The notes beneath the pieces were generated by a model, which worked only from the letters and a program-made list of their open reading frames with translations, was not told where the DNA came from and ran no database searches. Positions 13,710-26,676 of a stretch of DNA of 64,000 nt are shown here, one piece after another. The DNA lies in assembly GCF_009914755.1 (NCBI RefSeq), contig NC_060928.1; one strand, 5' to 3'. The stretch is from the human T2T-CHM13v2.0 reference genome, Homo sapiens. Position 1 is the stretch's first letter. Every line of letters begins with the position of its first letter. The position numbers were made by a program, and so were the translations under genes.

Positions 13710-14792
13710 ACGACAGGATCAAATTCACACATAAAACTATTAACCTTAAATGTAAATGGGCTAAATGCTCCAATTAAAAGACACAGACTGGCAAATTGGA
13801 TAAAGAGTCAAGACCCGTCAGTGTGCTGTATTCAGGAGACCCATCTCACATGCAGAGACACATATAGGCTCAAAATAAAGGGATGGAGGAAGATCTACCA
13901 AGCAAATGGAAAACAAAAAAAAGCAGGGGTTGCATTCCTAGTCTCTGATAAAACAGACTTTAAACCAACAAAGATCAAAGGAGACAAAGAAAGCCATTAC
14001 ATAATGGTAAAGGGATCAATTCAACAAGAAGAGCTAACTATCCTAAATATATATGCACCCAATACAGGAGCACCCAGATTCATAAAGCAAGTCCTTAGAG
14101 ACCTACAAAGAGACTTAGACTCCCACACAATAATAATGGGAGACTTTAACACCCCACTGTCAACATTAGACAGATCAATGAGACAAGAAGTTAACAAGGG
14201 TATCCAGGACTTGAACTCAGCTCTGCACCAAGCGGACCTAATAGACATCTACAGAACTCTCCACCCCAAATCAACAGAATATACACTCTTCTCAGCACCA
14301 CATTGCACTTATTCCAAAATTGACCACATAGTTGGAAGTGAAGCACTCCTCAGCAAATGTAAAAGAACAGAAATCATAACAAACTGTCTCTCAGACCACA
14401 GAGCAATCAAACTAGAACTCAGGGTTAAGAAACTCACTCAAAACTGCTCAACTACATGGAAACTGAACAACCTGCTCCTGAATGTCTACTGGGTAAATAA
14501 CAAAATGAAGGCAGAAATAAAGATGTTCTTTGAAACCAATGAGAACAAAGACACAACATACCAGAATCTCTGGGACACATTCAAAGCAGTGTGTAGAAGG
14601 AAATTTATAGCACTAAAAGCCCACAAGAGAAAGAAGGAAATATCTAAAATTGATACCCTAACATCACAATTAAAAGAACTAGAGAAGCAAGAGCAAACAC
14701 ATTCAAAAGCTAGCAGAAGACAAGAAATAACTAAGATCAGAGCAGAACCGAAGGAGATAGAGACACAAAAAACCCTTCAAAAAAATCAATGA
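13710..14792 (+). pseudogene. L1 ORF2p endonuclease-domain remnant (start ATG changed to ACG; frame ends at 14792)
   Basis: Open frame containing the QETH, GDFN, KIDH and SDH APE-like motifs. Confidence 0.93.
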
Positions 14793-14822
14793 ATCTAGGA
14801 GCTGGTTTTTTGAAAAGATTAA

Positions 14823-15161
<339 letters not shown>

Positions 15162-15354
15162 TGAGCTGGTACCATTCCTTCTGAAACTATTCCCATCAAT
15201 AGAAAAAGAGGGAATCCTCCCTAATTCATTTTATGAGGCCAGCATCATCCTGATACCAAAGTCTGGCAGAGATGCAACAGAAAAAGAGAATTTTAGACAA
15301 ATACCCCTGATGAACATCGATGCAAAAATCCTCAATAAAATACTGGCGAACTGA

Positions 15355-15775
<421 letters not shown>

Positions 15776-15793
15776 TGAAAAGAGAAAGTCAAA

Positions 15794-16483
15794 TTGTCTC
15801 TGTTCACAGATGACATGATTGTATATTTAGAAAACCCCATCATCTCAGCCCAAAATCTCCTTATGCTGATAAGCAACTTCAGCAAAGTCTCAGGATACAA
15901 AATCAATGTGCAAAAATCACAAGCATTCCTATACACCAATAACAGACAAACAGAGAGCCAAATCATGAGTGAACTCCCATTCACAATTGCTACAAAGAGA
16001 GTAAAATACCTAGGAATCCAACTTACAAGGGATGTGAAGGACCTCTTCAAGGGGAGCTACAAACCACTTCTCAATGAAATAAAAGAGGACACAAACAAAT
16101 GGAAGAGCATTCCATGCTCATGGATAGGAAGAATCAATCTCATGAAAATGGCCATACTGCCCATGGTAATTTATAGATTCAATGCCATCCCCATCAAGCT
16201 ACCAATGACTTTCTTCACAGAATTTGGAAAAACTACTTTAAAATTCATATGGAACCAAAAAAGAGCCTGCATTGCCAAGACAATCCTAAGCAAAAAGAAC
16301 AAAGCTGTAGGCATCACGCTACCTGACTTCAAACTGCACTACAAGGCTACGGTAACCAAAACGGCATGGTACTGGTACCAAAACAGAGATATAGACCAAT
16401 GGAGCAGAGCAGAGGCCTCAGAAATAACACCACACATCTACAACCAACTGATCTTTGACAAACCTGACAAAAACAAGAAATGA
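15794..16483 (+). pseudogene. L1 ORF2p reverse-transcriptase remnant
   Basis: [13 protein letters not shown] (FADD motif changed to FTDD), [18 protein letters not shown]. Confidence 0.92.
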
Positions 16484-17074
16484 GGAAAGGATTCCCTATT
16501 TAATAAATGGTGCTGGGAAAACTGGCTAGCCATATGTAGAATGCTGAAACTGGATCCCTTCCTTACATCTTGTACAAAAATTAATTCAAGATGGATTAAA
16601 GACTTAGACCTAAAAGCATAAAAACCCTAGAAGAAAACCTGGGTAATACCATTCAGGACATAGGCATGGGCAAGGATTTCATGACTAAAACATCAAAAGC
16701 AACGGCAACAAAAGCCAAAATAAACAAATGGGATCTAATTAAACTAAAGAGCTTCTGCACAGCAAAAGAAACTACCATCAGAGTGAACAGGCAACCTACA
16801 GAATGGGAGAAAATTTTTGCAACCTACTCATCTGACAAAGGCTAATATCCAGAATCTACAAAGAACTTAAAGTTACAAGAAAAAATCCACCCCATCAAAA
16901 AGTGGGCGAAGGATATGAAGAGACACTTCTTGAAAGAAGACATTTATGCAGCCAACAGACACATGAAAAAATGCTCATCATCACTGGCCATCAGAAAAAT
17001 GCAAATCAAAACCACAATGAGATATACCATCTCACACCAGCTAGAATGGCGATCATTAAAAAGTCAGGAAACAG

Positions 17075-17561
<487 letters not shown>

Positions 17562-17720
17562 TTAAATCATGCTGCTACAAAGACACATGCAAACGTAAGT
17601 TTATTGTGGCACTATTCACAATAGCAAAGACTTGGAACCAACCCAAATATCCATCTATGATAGACTGGATTAAGAAAATGTGGCACATATTCACCATGGA
17701 ATACTATGCAGCCATAAAAA

Positions 17721-17778
17721 AGGATGAGTTCATGTCCTTTGTAGGGACAAGGATGAGTTCATGTCCTTTGTAGGGACA
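17721..17778. repeat. Perfect 29-bp tandem duplication in the L1 3' region
   Basis: aggatgagttcatgtcctttgtagggaca x2. Confidence 0.95.
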
Positions 17779-18210
17779 TGGATGAAGCTGGAAACCATCA
17801 TTCTGAGCAAACTACCACAAGGACAGAAAACCAAACACCACATGTTCTCACTCATAGGTGGGAACTGAACAATAACAACACTTGGACACAGGTTGGGGAA
17901 CATCACACACCAGGGCCTGTCATGGGGTGGGGGGCTGTGAGAGGGATAGCGTTAGGAGAAATACCTAATGTAAACGATGAGTTAATGGGTGCAGCACACC
18001 AACATGGCACATGTATACATATGTAACAAACCTGCATGTTGTGCACATGTACCCTAGAACTTAAAGTATAATAAAAATAAATCAATAATAATAAAAAAAT
18101 AAAATTCTAAAGAGAGAAGCTCCCTGATGGCTAAACCTAGTTTATGAACCTATAACTTGATTTACTTGTAGTGATGATAGACAAGATAAAGAGAAGACAT
18201 AAAATCTCAC

Positions 18211-18322
18211 CAATCTATACAATGGACTATCCTCCCAAATAGGTTGGGAAATTATACATGGAGCAGCCAAAACTTCAATGCTTGTGAGAATTACCCAAAT
18301 ATTATCATTTTGTCACTATAAT
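18211..18322 (-). other. Candidate exon, 112 nt (L**QNDNIWVILTSIEVLAAPCIISQPIWEDSPLYRL)
   Basis: gtttattattgtag| acceptor and TTG|gtgaga donor; 34 open codons ending in phase 0, preceded by TAG TGA. Confidence 0.45.
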
Positions 18323-18639
18323 CTACAATAATAAACAGGATACATTTAAGGTGTACTTAATAGTTTTGAGTCTAGCTTTAAGGCTAATGGAATCATTCTT
18401 ACTACCTTTGTCTACTTCTAAGACATGTAAGAGAAAAAGTTTCATCTAACAAATTGCTTTACACAGCTTTTTAAAATAACCTAAACTATCAAAGTTTTCT
18501 CAAAAGTGAGAAAGCAAATGTAATTAGTGTAACAGGCAAAGACTATTAAGTACTGATTAGGTCAAAGAGAGTAAAAATTAGGTTGCCTATAGCAGAAATG
18601 ACCATGTCCTTTATGGGAGTACAAATTATCTGTTTACAT

Positions 18640-19095
18640 GTCTACTGATGTTTTATTCAAGATGTCTGACATACATAAAAAATTATGACACATGAAAAAA
18701 GCAGGAAAGTGATCCATAACCAAGAAAAAAAAAAGTGCCATCCTCAAAAAGGACAAAAATATCTCTCAACCTAGAATTGTACGTACAATAAGTTTCTTCT
18801 TCAAAAATTAAGGTAAAATAAAAATATTTTTAGACAGACTGAAGCTGATAAAATGTGTTGCCAGCACCACTGCACTATGAGAAATAACTAAATAAAGTTA
18901 TTCAAACTGACGGGAAATTATCCTAGATGAAAGAGTGGATATTGAGAAACTAATAAAAAGCACAGAAAAGAGTAAATGTGTGAGATAACATTAAACAGCA
19001 TTTATCAAAATTTATTTAAAAGATGATTGAAGGTTTTAAGTAAAATGATGATGATTATGTATTGCTGGCTTTTAAACACGGAGAATTGAAACACA
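18640..19095 (+). mobile_element. Old L1M ORF1-end fragment (outer host of the nest; resumes at ~38240)
   Basis: caacctagaattgtacgtac...ttcaaaaattaaggtaaaataaaaatattttt is degenerate ORF1 C-terminal sequence. Confidence 0.65.
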
Positions 19096-19097
19096 TG

Positions 19098-21390
19098 GTC
19101 GAGCCCCATATCCAAGCCCTATAGCTCCCGGTCAACATTTTTAAACATATCCTGGGCCAGAGGGGAGCCCACTGCCTTGAAGGGAAGGACCCACTGCTGG
19201 CAGAATTCATCATCTGCTAACTGAAGAGCTTTGGGGCCCTAAATAGCCAGTAGCTATACCCATGTAGTACATCGTGAGCCTTGGGTGAGATTCTGACACT
19301 TGCTGGCTTCAGGTACCAGCTCAGCCACAAACAAGTAAAGCACCAAGCAAGCCCTTAGGGTCCCCAATTCCAGGCCTTGGCACTTGGGTGACATTTCTGG
19401 ACTTACCCTGGGCGCCAGAGGGAAGTATACTCCCCTAAGGGTGAGGGGTTTTTTGTTGTTGTGGTTTTTTTTTTGTTTGTTTGTTTGTTTGTTTGTTTTT
19501 GAGATAGAGTCTCACTTTGTCGCCCAGGCTGGAGTACAGTGGGGCAATCTCGGCTCACCAGAAGCTTTGCCTCCTGGATTAGAGCAATCCTCCTGTCTCA
19601 ACCTCCTAAGTAGCTGGGATTACAGGCATCTGCCACCGTGCCCAACTAATTTTTGTATTTTTTTAGTAGAGATGAGATTTCACCATGTTGGTCAGGTTGG
19701 TCTCGAACTCCTGACCTCAAGCAATCCACCAGCTTCGGCCTCCCAAAGTGCTGGGATTACAGGTGTGAGCCACCATGCCTAGCCCCCTGAAGGGTGAGTT
19801 TCAGACCAGGCAGCACTCACCACAAGCTGAATGAGAGCCCCTGGGCTTTAAGGAAACATTGGCAGTAGCCTGGCAGTGTGCCCCATGGACCTGCGGTTGC
19901 ATGGAGTGAGCTTCCTGTGCCTTTGGATAAGGGGACGGAAGAGTGGGAAGAACTGCATCTTGTGGTTTGAGTGCTGACTCATCCACAGTAAAATAGAGCA
20001 CCAAGTAGACGTCTAAGGTTTTGACTCTGGTCCCTGGATCCCAGATAGCACCTCGGGACCCACCAGGAGCCTGGGGGAAGTCACCACCCTGAAGGGAAGG
20101 ACACAGGTGAGACTGGCTTAACCACCTGATAGCAGAGCTCCAGGACATTGAGTGAACATAGGCTGTAGCCAGGGAATGGTTACAGCAAGCCTTGGGCGAG
20201 ACCTGGTGCTGTGCTGGCTGCAGGTCTGACGCAACACAGTCCTTGTGGTGGTGCTTATAGGGGTGCTTATCTCATTCTACTCCCAGCCCAGGAGGCTCAG
20301 AGCAGTGATAAACTCCATTTGTCAGGGAGAAAGTAAGGGAAGAGAACAAGAGTCTCTGCCAGGGAATTCTTCCAGATATTGTCCAAAACTATCAAGGTGG
20401 TACCTCTACAAGTCTGCAAGAACCAAAGTGTTACTAGGCTTGGGGTGCCTCAGATACAGCTTAGATCACAACACCCAAATACTTTCAAATATCTGGTAAG
20501 CCATCCCAAGAAGGACATGTGTAAACAAGCCCAGACTGTCAAGACTACAATAAATGCCTAACTTTTCAATGCCCAGACACAGATGAACATTCACAAATAT
20601 CAAAACCATTGAGAAAAACAGGAATTCACCAAATTAATTAAATAAGGCAGAAGGGACCAATCCTGAAGTAATAGAGCTATGTGACCTTTTAGACAGATAA
20701 TTCAAAGTACTTGTTTTAAGGAAACTCAAAGATATTCAAGATAACACAGAGAAGGAATTCAGAACTGTATCAGATAAATTTAACAAAGGAATTGAAATCA
20801 TTAAAAAGCAGCAGAAATTCTGTAGTTGAAAAATGCAGTTAACATACTAAAGAATGCATCTGCCTTCTAACAGCAGAATTGATCAAGCAGAAGAGAGAAT
20901 ACTTAGCTTGAAGACAAGCTACTTAAAAATAAACAATCAGAGGAGACAAAAGAAAAAAACAATGAAGCACACCTACAGGATCTAGAACAGAGCTTCAAAA
21001 GGGCAAATCTAAGAGTTATTGTCATTAAAGAGAAGGCAGAGAAAGACATAGGAGTAGAAAGTGTATTTAAAGGGATAATATCGAAGAATGTTCCAAACCT
21101 AGAGAAAGATAACAATATGTAAGTACAAGAAGATTATAAAACAGCAAGCATATTTAACCCAAAGAAGATTACTTCAAGGCTTCTAGTAATCAAACTCCTA
21201 AAGGTAAAGGATAAAGAAAGATCCTAAAAACAACAAGAAAAAAGAAACAAATCACATAAAATGAAGCACCAGCACATCTGGCAGCAGACTTTTCAGTGGA
21301 AACCTTACAGGCCAAGAGAGATTTGTGTGACGTATTTAGAGTGCTGAAGGAAAAAAACTTCTACCCTAGGGTAGTATATATAGCAAAAAT
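19098..21390 (+). mobile_element. L1MA/L1PB-age element A: 5' UTR and ORF1 (5' segment)
   Basis: Repeated ctgggccagaggggagcccactgccttgaaggg 5' UTR motifs followed by decayed ORF1. Confidence 0.85.
19449..19784 (-). mobile_element. AluS/J SINE in L1 5' UTR
   Basis: Reverse Alu with (TTTG)n tail; TSD ccct(g)aagggtgag. Confidence 0.93.
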
Positions 21391-24300
21391 AGTATAGTAT
21401 TTTTGCTACATATATAGTTTTAACTTCATATCACTGAAAGAAGCACTGGAGAGAGAAAAAACAGCGTGGAATTGCTAACACCAACCCTCCCTGACTGGGG
21501 CAGCAGTGGTGTGGTGTGGCAGCATCTCTGGACCCTGGGGGAGGGAGAACACAGAAATTGTGAGTGCTGTTCTGTTAGAGCAGGAAGGAAAACCAGAACA
21601 AACACAGCTGACACCTGCCCACAGAGGGAACATTTAAATCACCCCTAGCCAGAGACGAACCCACAATCCCAGTAGTCCAAACTTCAGTGCTAGCAAACTT
21701 CGCCACTAAGGTCTTAAGTATTCTCAGTCTCCAGATAAACTTGAAAGGCAGTCTAGGCCATAAGGACGGCAACTCTGAGCTAGACTCAGAGACAATGGCC
21801 TGAGGGGTCACACAACATACTGAGACACTAGCTGAGGCAGCCAAAGGAGTGCTGGCATCACCCCTTCTCTAACCCCAGGCTGCACAGCTCATGGCTCCAA
21901 AAGAGACCCCTTCCTTTTGCTTGAGGAGAGGAGCAGGAAGAGTGGGGAGGATTTTGTCTTCCATCTTGGAATACCAGTTCAGCCATAGCAGGATAACGTG
22001 CCAATTAGAGTCATGAGGCCCCTGTTCGAGGCCCTAGCTCCCAGATGATATTTCTAGACACATCCTGGGCCAGAAGGGAACCCACTGCCTTGAAGGAAAG
22101 AACTCAGTTCTGCCAGCACTCATCACTTGCTAACTGAAGGCACTTGGGCCCTGAATAACTAGCAGCTATATCCAGGTACCACATCATGGGGGCTGTAGTG
22201 GGCCTCTGAGACTTATGGGTTTAAGGTGAGACTCAAGCACATTACCAGTTTGGTTACAGGGTAAAACTCTTTCTGCTTGGGAAAAGTAAAGGGGACTTTG
22301 TCTTACACCTCAGGTAACAACACTGCCTCAGGAGAATAAAGCACCAGTGGACTCTTGAGGTCCTCAATTCCAGGACTTGACTCTTGGATGACATTTCTGG
22401 ACCTGCCCTGGGCCAGAAGGGAGACCACTGCCCTGAAGGGGGAGTCCCAAACCAGGCAACATTCACCGCAAGCTGACTTAAGAGACCTTGGCCTTAAGGG
22501 CACATTGGTGATTGTCTGGCAGTACTCCTCATGGCCAGGGGTAGCAGTGACTATGGTGTGGGGCTCCTCTGCCTTTTGAAAGGGAAGGGAAAAGTGGGAA
22601 GGACTGGATATTGTGGCTTGAGTGCCAGTTCAACCTCAATACAATAGAATACCAGGTAGACTTCTGAGGTTTTTGACTCAGTACGAGTCCCAGACACCAC
22701 TTCTGGACCCATTTGGGGCCTGAGGGACCTCACAGCCCTTAAGGGAAGGAAGCAGGCCTGGCTGGTTTTGCTATCTGGTGATTATAGGGCACCAAGGCCT
22801 TAAGTTAACAGAGGTAGTAGTCAGAGTGGTTACAACAGACCATGGGTGAGACCCAGTGATGTGCTGGCTTCAGGTCTGATTCAGCACAGTCATAGTGGTG
22901 AAGGCCACAGGGGTGCTTGTGTCACTCCATCCCCAGCTTTAGGTGGCTCCAAACAAAGAGTGAGACTCTAAATATTTGGGAGAAAGTAAGGAAAGAGAAC
23001 AAGAGTTTCTGCCTGGTAATCCAAAGCATTCTCCTAGATCTTGTCCAAGACCATCAAGGCAGTACCTTTAAGAGCCTGCAATAACCACAGCATTACTGGG
23101 ATTTGGAGTGCCCCTTAAGGCAGAAATAGCTTAGATTACAACACCCAACTTCTTGCATATATCTGAAGAACCTTCCAAAGAAGGATGGCTACTAATAAGC
23201 CCAGAGAGTGGAGACAACAATAAATACCTAACTCCTCAAAGCCTAGACACCAACGAACACCTACTAGCATCAACACCATCCAAGAAAATATGACCTCACC
23301 AAATAAGGGTCTAAATAAGGCATGAGGGCCCAATCCTGGAGAAACAGGGATATGTGACCTGTCAGACAAAGAATTCAAAATCACTGTTGAGGAAACTCAA
23401 AGATACTCAAGATAACACAGAGAAGGAATTCAGAATTCTATCAAATACATTTAACAAACATTGAAATAATTAAAAAGAATCAAGCAGAAATTCTGGAGCT
23501 GAAAAATGCAATTTGTATAATGAAGAATGCATCAGAGTCCTTTAATAGCAGAATGGACCAAGCAGAGGAAAGAATAGTGAGCTTGAAGATAGGCAATTTG
23601 AAAATAGACAGTCAGAGGAGACAAAATAAAAAAGAATATAAGACAGTGAAGCATTCCTGCAGGACTTAGAAAATAGCTTCAAAGGGACAAATCTAAGTGT
23701 TATTGCTATTAACAGGAGGTAGAGAGAGAGATAAGGGTAGAAAGGATATTCAATGGGATAATAAAGAAAACATCCCAAACCTAGAGAAAGATATCAATAT
23801 ACAAGTACAAGAAGGTTATAGAACACCAAGCAGATTCAACCCAAAGAGACTACCTCAAGGCATTTAATAATCGAACTCCCAAATTTCAACAACAAAGAAT
23901 GGATCCTGTAAGCAGCAAGAGAAACAAATAAATTACATACAATGGAGCTCCAATACATCTGGTAGCAGTCTTTTCACTGGAAACCTTGCATGCCAGGAAA
24001 GAGAGGCATGACATATTTAAAGTGCTGAAGGAGAAAAACCTTCATCCTAAAATACCTTTATGAGCCTGCAAAAAGACAAAAAAGACAAAAAGAATCCTCC
24101 AAATATGAAGGAGAAAAAAAAAGGCTTTCATACACAAACAAAAGCTGAGAGATTTCATCAATACTAGTCCTATCCTTTGATTTTTTCAATCAGAAAAAAA
24201 AACATTAATGAGAAATAATCATCTGAAGGTATAAAACTTACTGGTAATAGTAAGTATATAGAAAAATGCAGAATGTTATAATACTAACTGTGGTGTGTAA

Positions 24301-24912
24301 ACTACTTTTATCTTAAATAGAAAGACTAAACAATGAGTTAATCAAAAATAATAACTATAACTTTTCAAGATATAGTACAATAAAATATAAATAGAAACAA
24401 CAAAACTTTAAAAAGCAGGAAGACAAAGTTAAGACAAGTTTTCATTAGTTTTTTGTTGTTGTTTATTTAGGCAAATAGTGTTAAATTGTCAGCAGGTTAA
24501 AATAATGGGTTGTAAGATACTATTTGCAAGCCTCATGGTAACCTCAAACCAAACAGCATACAATGAATGCACAAAAAATATAAAGCAAGAAACTAAATCA
24601 TGTTACCAGAGAAAACCATGTTACTAGAGGAAAGGAGGAATGAAAGAAAAGAGAAGACCACAAAACAATGAGAAAACAAATAACAAAATGGCAAAAGTAA
24701 GTCCTTACTTATCAACAATAAGATCAAAATTAATGGACTAAACTCTCCATTCAAAAGACACAGATCAGCTGAATGGATGAAAACACAAGAACAATTGATC
24801 CGTTGCCTGTAAGAAATACACTTTACCTATAAAGACACAAATAGACTGAAAATAAAGGGATGGAAAAAGACACTCCAAGCCAATGGAAACTAAAAAAAAA
24901 AAAAAAAAAGGA

Positions 24913-25200
24913 AGCCAGGCACAGTGGCTCACACCTGTAATCCCAACACTTTGGGTGGCTGAGGCAGGTGGTTCACGAGGTCAGGAGTTGAAGACCAGCC
25001 TGGCCAATATGGTGAAACCCCATCTCTACTAAAAACACAAAAAGTAGCCTGTAATCCCAGCTACTCAGGAGGCTGAGGCAGGAGAATCACTTGAACCCAG
25101 GAGGCAGAGGTTGCAGTGAGCTGAAATCGCACCACTGCACTCCAGTGAGTGCACTCGCTCACCGAGTGAGGCTTCATCTCAAAAATAAAATAAAATAAAA
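24913..25200 (+). mobile_element. AluS SINE with internal deletion and rearranged 3' arm
   Basis: Alu lacking ~20 bp at the start of the right arm; (TAAAA)n tail. Confidence 0.9.
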
Positions 25201-26676
25201 GGAGTCACTATGTTTATATCAGACAAAAGACATTTCAAGATAAAAACTATAAGAAGAAACAAAGGAGGTCACTATGCAATGAAAAAGGGGTCATTTCAGC
25301 AAAAGAACATAAAAATTTTAAATATATATGCACCCAACACTGGAGCAAATATTAAAATATTTATTTTATATTATAAAACGAATAAAATACTTAAATAAGG
25401 CAAATATTATTAGAGCTAAAGAAAGAGATGGGCCCCAATAAAATAACTGAGGACTTCAACATCCCACTTTCAGATTTAGACAGATCTTCCAGACAAAAAA
25501 TTAACAAAGTAACATTAGACTTAATCTGAACTGTAGACCAAATGGAGCTAATAAATACTTACAGAACATTTCATCTAGCAGCTGGAGAATATACATTTTT
25601 TTCCTCAGCATATGGATCGTTCTCAAGGATAGAACGTATGTTAGGTGACAAAACAAGTCTTGAAGCATTCAAAAAAGTTGAAATATTATCAAGAATCTTC
25701 TCTGACCACAATGGAATAAAACTAGAAATTAATAATGAGAAATTTTGGAAACTACACAAATGCATGAAAATTAAACACTATGCTCCTGAATGACCAGTTG
25801 GTTAATGAAGAAATTAAGAAGGAAATTGAAAAATTTCTTGAAACAAATGATACTGGAAACACAACATAACAAAACCTACATGATGCAGCAAAAAGAGTAC
25901 CAAGATGGAAGTTTATAGCTATAACCACCAACATCAAAAAAGAGAAAAAGCTTCAAATAAACAATCTAATGATGCATCTTAAAGAAGTAGAAAAGCAAGA
26001 GCAAACCAAACCAAAAATTAGTAGAAGAGATATAATAAAGATCAAAGAAAAAAAAATGAAGTTAAAGAAAACAATACAAAAGATCCATGAAAAAAGAGCT
26101 GGCTTTTTGAAAAGTTAACAAAACTGACAAACCTTTAGCCAGACTAAGGAAAAAAGAGAGAAGATCCAAATAATTAAAATTAGAAATAAAAAAGGAGACA
26201 TTACAACTGGTACTGCAGAATTTCAAAGAATCATTAATGGCTACTATGAGCAACTATTAGCCAATAAATTGGAAAATCTGGAAGAAAAGGATAAATTTCT
26301 AGATACCCCAAGATTCACAACAGGAAGAAATCCAATACCTGAACAGACCAATAAAAAGTAACAAGAACAAAGCCATAATAAAAAGTCTCCCAGTAAACAA
26401 AAGCCTGGGACCTGATGGCTTCACTGCCAAATTCTATGGAACACTTAAAGAAGAACTAATACCAATTCTGCTCAAGCTATACTGAAAAATAGAGGAGGTG
26501 GGATTACCTACAAAATCTTTCTATGAGGCCAGTATTACCCTAATATCAAAACCAGACAAAGATACACCAAATAATAATAACTACATGCCAGTATCACTGA
26601 TGAATATTGGTGCAAAAATCCTCAACAAAATACTAGCAAACTAAATTCAATAGTCCCTTAGAAAGATCATTCATCA

